Part shown: positions 35,001 through 47,000 of the stretch, in pieces | Layout of the letters: each line of letters starts with the position of its first letter | Numbering within the stretch: position 1 is the stretch's first letter | Assembly: GCF_964355755.1 (NCBI RefSeq) | Contig: NC_092670.1 | Coordinates: forward strand, 14,556,795 to 14,620,794 | Direction: 5' to 3' | DNA length: 64,000 nucleotides | Source of the DNA: Antedon mediterranea | Taxonomy: Eukaryota; Animalia; Echinodermata | Position numbers and translations under genes: made by a program | The notes under the pieces: generated by a model | The model's input: the letters and a program-made list of their open reading frames with translations, nothing else | The model's database searches: none | Told to the model about the DNA's origin: nothing

Positions 35001-38000
35001 TTTTTACACTAGTGAATATTATGAAATTGGCCGGCGACAGGCGGTTTTGTGTCATATCATGAAGTTTAAAGTGACATTATTTTTTAAGGGCAAGGATTTT
35101 TAAAATGAAACTTGGCCAATACAAAGAATAACGTTTCCTGTACCGTCATAACGCTTTAAATCACACTTTTAGTGCATAGTTTTAAATATATAACACAGTA
35201 ATTATAGGCGACATTGGTTTTTCATATTCGTGTTGGTATAGTGAGCCTGAGCCTTCTGTAAACGACATGTATTATTGTCCTGCGGTACGTACATTTGAAA
35301 TCGCCGGTTTTGTTACGCTGAAATTACCGTGTATTCGAGAACCATCTGTGGGCACGACCTAGATGGTACGCGAGCGTACCATCTAGTTATTACAATTAAA
35401 CGTTAAGAAGCAACTGTCAGTAATAAAGTTTATTTGTATAGTTTATATAAATGTAAAACAATGTGAAAACCACCTCTATTCGGGGCAAATCATAATTCGC
35501 TTTAATTGTCAATAAATATTAAATGATTTAACTCAACTTAATTAGTTGGCCTAATGGTTTTCAATTGTTTCTTAGAGCCAATTGATATTTCATACTGGTT
35601 TCTATCCACCAAAGTTGTTCGTTTAGGGCATTTGATCCTTCGTACAGTAAGCCTATCCTCTACTGGCTTTACAACGCTACTCATGCCAGTGAGGGGAGGG
35701 TGGTGGTGTGGGTGGTTTAACTGCAATAATACAGTTTTGTAGTAGACGGCGACTGAAAACGCTAGTTCATTAAAAACCTATATCCAACATCTGCAGCACA
35801 GATTGAAAAAAATGAATCGAATTTCTGTTATGAGTGTACTTGCCTTTACGACGCCTGAGGGAATAGACAATTGTGGAACAGAAATTGGAATGTTCCATTC
35901 ATCGCAAATCAATAGGCCTACATTTGTATAAACGTATATTAAATCTATCAAAATAGTATTTTTTTAAGAAAATCGGCATGTCTTCAACATTATGATTCTG
36001 TACTCGAGCTGTTCAACCGGTTTTCAGCTATTAAAAAGCAATTATCGTAGAAGGAGATAGGTAAATGCGAAACATCCTCGTATTATTGTGTGCGGGTATT
36101 TTTCAAGATGGACATCCATTAGACAGTGTATACCACGATCGGAAAACACCCTTTTTTTTGGGCAAATCGTTGAACCAAAATTCGTTTTAATTGTCTGTAA
36201 CTAATTATCTAACTCAATTTAATTAGTAAACAGGGTTACATCAGGTGGTTAAAATCAGTACCGAAAGTACGAACCAACTTTATATACCATCGAGTAAAAA
36301 TTCCAGAAGTAAGGCGCGATTTACCGAATTTTTGCCCTTACGTAAATTTATATATAGATTATTAGAGACTTTCTACTACCAAAACAATGTAGTGAATCGG
36401 CTGCAAACCCATGTCACTTAACGCGCTTTAAGTTATTGTATTTTATATATGGCCACAAATGCGAAACCCACCTTTGCATTCAGGATTTGGTGAGCTGTAT
36501 TGTCCAGGCATCAAAATATTATGTAGAAAAAGACTAAAACCGCCCTAGGCTTTCAGCGTTGGAGAGAAAACGATTTAATAAATTTAAGAGTACAAGGACA
36601 AGCAATGTACACATGACCGGTGGTAGATTTTCTATTCTATGGTTTATTCATTATCAGAAAAGACTATCTACTACAAGATCCACAGAGTGAGTCGGCTGCG
36701 AACCTATGCCAATAAACTCGCTCTGTAAGTGTTTGTTTATGTATGGCAATTGTATATTTATATATAACATGCTACCCACGAACGAACCACACGTGCTAAG
36801 ACTACCTCAGCTGGCCTAGTAGACACATCGGTTCTCCCTGAAGAATAGACGGAACTGCTTGTATTGGTCTTGACTTTAAAAAATGTTTACAGGAGTCCTT
36901 TAAATCTGTGCTACAATGACAATCTCAAATAAGAGAAGACTTAAGTAAAGCTATTGATTTTAACTCGGAAAGGATTGCAGTTTTTGGATCAAAACATAAG
37001 GCCTCATGAATCGAATGACAAGGCCCGTGAATCTGATATTCAAAATACGCAGGAACAATTAACGATCTGCCATCTTGAATTAAATAGAGCTGAACATTTT
37101 TCTAGACGCAACAACATCAGGTTTGTTGGCCTGGAACATTCGCCCGGTGAAAATAGTATCCTGATTGTTAAGAGTATTTTAACTAACACTTTACGCTATC
37201 ATCTATGCCAATCACCGAGCGTGCACACCGAGCTGGACGAGGATGAAAGGTAAATCACCTCATATCCATGATGCCCTTATTCTAAATTATCGACGACCTC
37301 ACGCCAAATGATCTGGCTGAAAAAAGGAGATGGAAAAATCAAGTTCGATATAGAAGAATGGGGAAAACTACGCTTCTCTGCTGGCAAATGGCGAACATCT
37401 AATGGATCTTCATCCTTCCAAGAACCTGTGCCGAACTAGCTTGTCTTCTGTGTTCTTCAACTCTTAATTATGCAATAATAATGCATGCATTATGGTATTA
37501 ATTATATTATAACCATTGATGCCGCCAGAAACAGTTACTATAACCTTTTTTTTCTAATCAGAAGTCTTTATAATAATAACACTACAATTTTTATTCCCAT
37601 ATGGCATATCTCATTTACTAATGTTTAAATTGTACTTTGTATTGCATACCTCCAAAATAATTTCAATTATTTGAACCAGGAGCTGCACGTTTATTTTTTG
37701 GATGGATAACTTGATTCTTCCTATGATGCTTCTTAATTATTTCTTTTTTTAAATAATTATTCCGATATTAGTCGGAATATTAGTTTACAGAAACTTTTTT
37801 TAATACTGAAAAAACAAATTTGTCTTTGTTTAACATCCCCGGCTATACCCTACTCCATTCTTCTAGAATATCCCAGGCTGGTGGAGGTGTCGCCAAATAC
37901 CTTGATCATACATTTCAATGCATTAAACGACCTGACTTGAGCTCACTTATATCAATGAACTCTGAATCATTTTTTATTGAAATCAAAGCGGAACCCAAAC

Positions 38001-41000
38001 ATATTATCCTTGGTGTTGTGTATCGTCTACAGGAACATTCACTCAATGTATTTAATCTTCGATCCTCCTTCTCCTTCCTTTTTATTTGGATATATCGTAT
38101 TTTGTATCATCTTCTTTCCAACTTTTTTATTATTTCTTTCTGGGAGCCTAGGCGTTCAGTTTTTAAACTTATACAGGTTTCCACACATACTATGTTTTTT
38201 ATTAGTTATTATCAAAAGTGTTTAATATTGAATCTAAAGACTCCTGAATTACCTGTAGCCACCCATTTTTGTAATAATGAGCATTCCCTTTCGGATATTA
38301 CAATTTCTGGTGTTAAAGTATGCAGGTTAGTATGTAATGGTTCTGAGACATCTCGTAGAATTATAGAAGAAAGAATAATTGTAAAGCTTGGCACTCTTGC
38401 CTCTACCGGCATAAATGTACAATTTAGATCCTTTAAACATTAATTTTGCCAGAGACATTCACATATTAACAATTATTTACACTTGAAGCTTTTGTCTTTG
38501 TTTTAAATTTCCTGCTTTATAAGCAACCATTCCTGCTTTGTACACCATAGCTTTTGGAGGCGTGCTTTTATAACTATGCCTTTTGTTTGTTAACATATTT
38601 GATTGGCTGATTTGTTTTATTATGTAATTTTGTGACTTATATATGTTATCCTTTGTTACAATTCTTTTCACCTGATGATGGGCTATGCCCGAAACATGTC
38701 GTTAAAATAAATCTATATTGAGGCATTTTTAACTTATTTGATATTGATTTTTTTCTATATCCTGCCTATGCAGCTCTTTGATTTATATGTTTAATATTGT
38801 ATGTACTTTTAATATATATGTGGAGAACATTTATTGAATATTTATTTATTTATTGAATATTGAATAAACAAATCAATTGTAAAACTTACGTCTACACTCT
38901 GCATATGGAAAGCTGTAAAATCCATTATAACACGTTATTGTTGATTTTCCTACCAATGTATAACCAACATCACATGTGAATGTAATGGATCCTCCATGAG
39001 TATAGCTACCAGAGTACTGACCGTTTACAATACTGATGGACGATTCACAGTTAGCTGGAGATATCAAGTAATATATTAGGAAGCTTAAAGATGTATTTTC
39101 CCCCTGAAAAAATAATTCTTATAAAAAGTTTTGTTGAATATTCCATTTTAATGTAACATAATAGTTATCCACTTTGACCAAAAAATTGGATCGAAAAAAA
39201 ATGTATTACCTGAAAAAATGTAATTTAAAGAAAACACTGGTCAAATTGGCTGTCAGCAAATGGATTTTTGGTTGAATTTAACCATTTAGTTTGTCATTTT
39301 ACAAGTGAAAACATTTTTGTTTTCTATGTAAGTGATTAACTTTATTAAAACTACAAAATAACATATTCAAAGTCTGATTTATTTAATCTTCATTTTTCAT
39401 GTTTTTGGGGGACAATACATCTTTAATAGTGGGGCTCCTTAGACCAAAAATACTATTTAGTTAGAAGAATAAAACTTGGTATGGCAACTTGTATAAAAAA
39501 TGTGCAACTTTTAAGATTTGAGGCCATTTAAAATTTGACATTTGACCTCAGATAATGTCCGATTCCTCAGAACTCGCAAACCGTACATCCTAGAACGCCG
39601 CTGTCCTAGAAACATGAAAATAATGGCAAGTCCCAACCATGGTGAGGCTGAGGTAGTAAAGTCCATCAATCCCAAAACACAGTAACTAAGTACTAGTAAT
39701 TCTAAAGTAACTGAAGTTATTTGTTCGTATCAGTCGTTTCATTTTCTGATAAACTGTGAACACGTACAATATAGTTTATAATAAGTCATCCTGTAATTGG
39801 CTATATGGCTGTTGGATGTATGTGAAATAAAATAAAATAAAAATAATTATTTAGTCTCCTATCAATTAAATTCTTTGACATCTCACTCCCTGTCGAAAAT
39901 TGCTTGATCTTTCCCACCCACATCTTTTGAAACAGATCTATGTCGATGGTAATACTGAGTGTCATGGTCAGTTCAAGTGTTTTTTAAATAACCATGTAGT
40001 AGTTTGTGCAGATAATTTGCTTATCCATGGTCTAGAGTATGACCACCAGCTACCAAAAACATTTTTGAAATGTAATTAAAATTGTGATATCTTGAATGGT
40101 TTGAGCAATTAGCTGCATGGAAAACATTTTACTGTATGTTGATTATGGATTGTTAATAATAGCTTCTCAACTTTACAAAACTAAACAGTATTCGACGATT
40201 CAAGGACCGATTTGATTTATGTTTTTTATACATTTCTTTTTTTTTGTTTTAGATTTATTATGAATTTTCATAAATGTGCGTCTGACTACTAGAAGCGCAG
40301 CGTTACTTACGCGAGATTATAGTTATAAACGTCTGGGGTGGATTGCTATAAAACAGTCTTAACTGATGGTCTTAACTCCCCGATTAAAGCCGGCTTTATC
40401 AGATAGACGGTCTTATTAAAGCCACTCCTGATAGACCATTGCTATAAACCAGTCTTAGATAAGACCGCGTAAAGTAACAAATTGAGGGCGTACTTTGCGC
40501 GTAGAATACCAAATAAGGTAATGTTCGTCACGCTTGTTCAATTCACAATCATAACAGTACGTACATTTCTACGCGAGAAAATCCATTCTAGGCCTATATA
40601 ACAATAAAATCACCGTTATTATTTGATTTAACACTTAAAACTCGTTCAATTGGTTGTCTTTGACGATAAATAATACGTAAAAGCAACAAAAAGAGAGGTT
40701 TAAGACTGTTTTAAGACTCCTTCGAGTAGGCTTTAATTTTAAAGACCGTTTACAGGTTAGACCGCGGTATAGCAATGGTCTATAACATAAGACTACTTGC
40801 TACGTCACGAATTATAGCCGGCTAAGCGCTAAGACCGGTTATAGACCGCTTATAGCAATCCGCCCCTGGTATATAAAGTTACGTCAAACATGAAATTACG
40901 CGCGCGTTACTTCTGACGGCCGACGCGTAAGGTTGAAGTAACTTACAAAAAGCGTCTTCACGGTGATTACCCAGGTCTGACAACAAACTACCACGAGGTA

Positions 41001-44000
41001 TAATTACTCCTACTTACTCATAACTTACCAAAAGTAGATTTTATATCAAGGATATGAATATAAATTTGAAATTAAAATCAAAATAGAGCACGTTTAAGGT
41101 CATTTTGAGCATTTAAATATGTTCTATATGTGTTGCGCCGCGCGTAACGTAAAACGACCGATTTGATTTATGTTCTTTTATACAATTTTTTTTTCAATTT
41201 ATTATGAATTTTCATAAACTTCAAATTCATTCGAAATTATGATACACGTCAGGACCGTAGCCAGCATGAGGCAAACAAAATTTCCTCTGCATATATCGTC
41301 ATCTTTTATATTAATAATTATATTTAAATCTTGCACGTCAACCTTAAAAATTCGTGCGCTCAAAAATTGGGTCTTAATGTTTTAATGCAAATTTATGTTA
41401 AAATATGCCTATTTTGAATATTTTATACCCAATCTGTATGAAAGGCACCTCATTGTTCTTTTTAAATTTGTTTATCAATTGTTGATTTTTTGTTCTTTTC
41501 TTCATAAATCATTACTTCAACAACAGAACGCATTTCGCTTACACGTAGCTCATTTTTCGTAAATTGTAATTGGTTATGAATATTTTCTTTCGCCATACCA
41601 CCATTTTCATTTGATGACATTATCGTTTCTAAAAGTTTGATTAACGTGGCTCACCTATTTTCAATTTTTTTTTTTTTAAATCTGTTATATATAGCTCCTT
41701 ACAATGAAATGTGACCCTCAAGTCAATCACCCATGAGTATAGCTAGCAGAGAACCGACCATTTGCAATACGGATAAATGACGCAAAGTTAGCTATTGGAG
41801 AGGACATACGAATGCATTTAGAAGTCGCCAATTTAGGTATGGTAAATCAACATTAGTTTTACCATTAATGTAAATATGTATGACTAGAAATAATAATACC
41901 CACCTTTGCACTGCGCATATGATGAGCTGTATTGTCCATTATCACACGTTATTGTTCTTTCTCCTACCAATGTATAACCAACATCACATGTGAATGTAAT
42001 GGATCCCCCATGAGTAAAGCTACCATAATACTGACCATTTACAATACTTATAGATGACTCGCAGTTAGCTATGGAGAAAGTTTTATCATATATCATTTTA
42101 AATGGCACATAAATGTCAATGCCTAAAACGTTCAAGCAATGAACAATGTGCAACTAATATTACAATTCGTTATACGTTTGTCAAGACATTGCATACATAC
42201 CTCTACACACAGAATATGATGAGCTGTATTGTCCATTATCACACGTTATTGTTGATTCTCCTACCAACGTATAACCAACATCACATGTGAATGTAATGGA
42301 TCCTCCGTGAGTAAAGCTACCAGAGTACTGGCCATTTACAATACTTATAGATGACTCGCAGTTAGCTATGGAGAAAGTTTTATCATATATCATTTTAAAT
42401 GGCACATAAATGTCAATGCCTAAAACGTTCAAGCAATGAACAATGTGCAACTAATATTAAAATTTGTTATACGTTTGTCAAGACATTGTATACATACCTC
42501 TACACACAGCATATGATGAGCTGTAATGTCCATTATCACACGTTATTGTTGTTTCTCCTACCAATGTATAACCAACATCACATGTGAATGTAATGGATCC
42601 TCCATGAGTAAAGCTTCCAGAATACTGACCGTTTACAATACTGATGGACGAATCACAGTTAGCTGGGGAGAGGACACATACACATGTATTTAGATTTAAA
42701 TAAATGTGCATTTTTGAAAGATCTTTCCACATATAACAACATATATATGAAATATTTCTCTTTTACCCGATTGTTGTGAAATTGACTAACTAAACTATAT
42801 CTTTTTAGCAACAATTGCAGTTCTAACATAGTAGAAGGTGCTTGCTCCAGTTCAAATTGGGCCAGAGATAGAGTAACACATTTCAGGTTAGCTCTATTTT
42901 AATATTGATATCGTGATAGTACTTACAACTACAAACAGGGAATGCATCTTGATATTGTCCATCTAAACACACAGTACTTGAAACACCAACTAATGTGTAT
43001 CCATCGAAACATGTAAATGTAGTTATGCCTCCATGTGATTGGTTTGACTTCACTCGACCATTAATGACAGGCGACGGTGTCTGACAATTAACTATAAGTT
43101 AAAGGTAGTTATTAGTTATACATATATAGTCTAGCATTTTTTATAGATACAAGTTTGGGATCAATCAATTCTTCTCTGATGACATTAATTTGACATTTTT
43201 CTTAAAAAAGTAACATAAATCTAAATGTTTACTTTATTTTATTTCTGTCCTGTGGAATACTGAAAAGCGATTACATTTCTTGACTACAAGGCAATGAATC
43301 ATTGTAAGAGCATGTCACACTGGAAGGAAGAAACTGTATGAACCCAGTGTCATTTAAAAAGTATACATTGAAAGGACGATGTCTGCATGAAAGACATTTA
43401 TACAAATTGGTACGTCGTCATGATTTATCCATTTTCCTTTCAAGATATATATTTGGGGGAAATGGTATCTCGAGTCTATACAGGTAAAAGTGTCATACTC
43501 ATAGACAACCAAAACCATTGTTGGTTTTGTAATCAAAACCTTTGAGGAACTTGGCCGAGTATAATCAAGGTAATTCTAATAAATTTTACTTTCTCTTGAA
43601 TATTCTTTAAAATAAACAGATAAAATCTTGATATCACCATTTTAAATTAATATTACCTGTAGATTTAGAAATATTATTTATAAAAACAAAAAGCTTTCGG
43701 ATTAAACCATTAGTAATTTTAACTTACGTCGACATTCAGCAATAGCTGAGCTAAACTGTCCATTATTACAAGAAACTGTAGATTCTCCAACAAGTGTGTA
43801 ACCAAAGTTACATACAATATTGAAAGAACCTCCATGGATGAAGCTGCCAAATATTTGTCCATACGCAACACTTGTTGTAGAGTCACAGTTTGCTGAAAGA
43901 ATAATGAAAGTGTAATGCTTAAGTTAGAGTGATGTTGGTACTTAAAAGAATTTTGATAGCTCGTAGGCCTAATTCCTGAATAGAAATCAATTGAAACACG

Positions 44001-47000
44001 GATGTCATCTATGGTTGAAATAAGCAGTTTGTACAAAACGATTTGTAAAATAACTGTACCTTTACATTCCGCATATGATGAGCTGTATTGTCCATTATCA
44101 CACGTTATTGTTCTTTCTCCTACCAATGTATAACCAACATCACATGTGAATGTAATGGATCCCCCATGAGTAAAGCTACCAGAATACTGACCATTTACAA
44201 TACTTATAGATGACTCGCAGTTAGCTATGGAGAAAGTTTTATCATATATCATTTTAAATGGCACATAAATGTCAATGCCTAAAACGTTCAAGCAATGAAC
44301 AATGTGCAACTAATATTACAATTCGTTATACGTTTGTCAAGACATTGCATACATACCTCTACACACAGCATATGATGAGCTATATTGTCCATTATCACAA
44401 GTTATTGTTGATTCTCCTACCAATGTATAACCAACATCACATGTGAATTTAATGGATCCTCTATGAGTATAGCTACCAGAGTACTGGCCATTTACAATAT
44501 TGATGGACGATTCACAGTTAGCTGGAGATATTAAGTAATATATTAGGAAGCTTAATAGTGGGGCTCCTTAGACCCAAAATACTTCAAATTTAGTTAGAAG
44601 CATAAAACTTGGTATGGCAACTTGTATAAAAAATGTGCAACTTTTAAGATTTGAGGCCACTTAAAATTTGACCTCAGATAATGTCCGATTCATCAGAATT
44701 CGCAAACCGTACATCCTAGAACGCTGCTGTCATAGAAACATGAAAATAATGGCAAATTAAACATGCATGTACGTTAAAATGCGACCGTAAAAAGTTGATG
44801 TACGCCAACCTATGACATGATGCATATACACTTATAGTGCTGAGTTGTACCTATTATGTGTCATATACAATATGTACAGTATATACTGTATATCTATATA
44901 CAGTGTAGCATAGGTGAAATTACGGGACCCACATCATGTTCTAATTTTTTGGTATGATGGAATTATCATAATAAACTCGAAGATGACAATTTAGAAAGAT
45001 AATGAATTGAGCAAATAAATATAAGGATTGGAAGAGAATTTAACAAGTAGAAGCGCAATGCGCGCTCTTTGAAATTTGTATAAATTTGACGAAAGAGAGA
45101 AAAAAACTACTTTTTAACTTCAACTGACCATTTCATAATGTCACAACATCCGATAGGCCTAATTTTTATATGAATTCATATCTACATTTCATCAGCTTTT
45201 ACAATAAATTATAATCTTCAAGGTCACCTTTAATTCTGAAGAGCTGTAAGATATTCAAATGTATGGTGTAGCTGAAAATACACGACCTAGGTTATTCAAG
45301 TTTTTACGCATGATGACGTCATCAAAATGAAAATGTTGACAACTCATGAGAAAGATAATTAATTGAGCAAGCACATACTAAAATTTGTTCGAAAATTGGG
45401 TTCAAATAACGGAGATGCGCTCTATTGAATGTGATAACCCACACAAAAAGATAAAAATTACTAATTGTGGCCATTTGATGACGTCATATCATTTTGTACG
45501 TCTAATGTGTATATACATTTATATCTACAACTCATTTGCTTCCATATTAAGTTAAAAAAATTGGGGGTCACCTTCCATTCTGAAGAGTTATATTCATTTT
45601 AAAAAGGCCTTATTTTTCACCATTTTCAGCACTTTGATGCAATTAATTTGCGCATTTTGTCATTTTTAACCTGCTCGTATCGCGTTATTTTAAGTCGGAA
45701 CTGACTCAAATTTGGTGAATGTACTAAGGATGGTGAGTAGAATGCGATTTGTAAAAAAAATCGCATTTTTTACGCTTTTTAAGTATCGCGCGCGCAAAAT
45801 GTTTTTTTTGCGCAGTAATTTTTTGAAACACGCAAATGGCCTAATTCATGCTCTAAATTGATCAAAACTTAATTTTGAGCTTTTTAAATTTTTAACGCAC
45901 AAGTTTTTATTTGCTAATATTTTTACCCTTGACCTGAAGTTTACGTGTAGTGAATTTCATTAATATGTGATAATGAATTATGAAGATATGATTGATAATG
46001 TGATTTCACAAAATGGCGTATAAATGACGTCACGGTTGAGTGATCACGCTGAAAAGCTTATTAGGATTAAATTACAGTATTTGAAAGATATTGTGAAATT
46101 TTTGTGATCATTAACATTTTATTTTTTGAGATAATTGACACACAAAATCTGTACAGAAAGAAATAAAGCGGAATAAGATTTCGTACAATAACAATAGGTG
46201 ATCATTTTATTCTAAATGATCACTTAATTATTACTACATCTACGGATTTTCAATTTGACTTCTCGGGGGCTACTCGTCTTTCAGTAGGTTCGATGATCAA
46301 CCTAGACAAATCGTCAAGATACACAGATGGTACAGTTTTCCTACCGTATGCAATTGATTGTGGATTATTCTAATCAGTGGCGGCTGGTATCTAAATTCTC
46401 CCTTTAATTCCTCTTGGTTGAGTAAAAATTAAACAGTACTGTTATGAAACAAAGCCCAGAGTGAATTGGAGAATGATACTTTAACTGGTATAGCTAGTAG
46501 CACAGTGACTAGAGTGAGTGTACAAAGTACTTGCATTGTAAGTTTGAGGTTTTTTGAGAGGATTGTCGTCTAGGAATGTATGACTCAGCGATAAAATATC
46601 ATTATTCCTAAACATAGCCTACTATGGTCGAGAACTATCCGTGTCCATCAAAGGTAGATAATTCCCCCTTGACAGGTTGTGGCAAAAACATAACCTGTGC
46701 GTAAACTTAAATGTATATAAATAATTTTTTTGCCGATACAATTTTTGGTCAATAACTATTATGGGACATTAAAATGGCATATTCAACAGAAATAATTGAA
46801 AAAATATATTTTTTTTTTCAGGAGCAAAATATATCTTTAAAGGTCATGATAGCCATATTCTGTACATTCATTGCCAAGTATAATTGTACTCCATACCTGA
46901 TCATGATCATTGCAATACAATAATAAATACAATACTACAATAAAATAACCTTACCAAAGCAGCGAGGAGGTTCCTCTAAAAAATTACCATTTCGACAGCG

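Larger units (their letters stand above)
30111..35386 (+). mobile_element. Non-autonomous Helitron (family B), inner copy in opposite orientation (~1.2 kb without its insert)
   Basis: A|TCTATATATAAATTTACG at 30111. 3' hairpin CTAGATGGTACGC-ga-GCGTACCATCTAG|T at 35359-35386. Inserted between A and T with no TSD. Confidence 0.8.
29702..36358 (-). mobile_element. Non-autonomous Helitron (family B), outer copy, in a Sushi-gene intron
   Basis: Minus strand begins A|TCTATATATAAATTTACG at 36358 and ends CTAG|T at 29702. The sequence flanking the inner insertion rejoins to match the uninterrupted copy near 63400-63490. Confidence 0.75.

Noticed and set aside
30111-36358. A single long-TIR transposon with ~480-bp TIRs
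   Set aside because: The arms are the 5' halves of two oppositely oriented Helitron copies, with A|TC and CTAG|T junctions and no TSD.
37820-38443. 207-aa ORF as a novel dual-nuclease gene
   Set aside because: It is partial APE and GIY-YIG fragments joined by low-complexity sequence, with catalytic regions missing.
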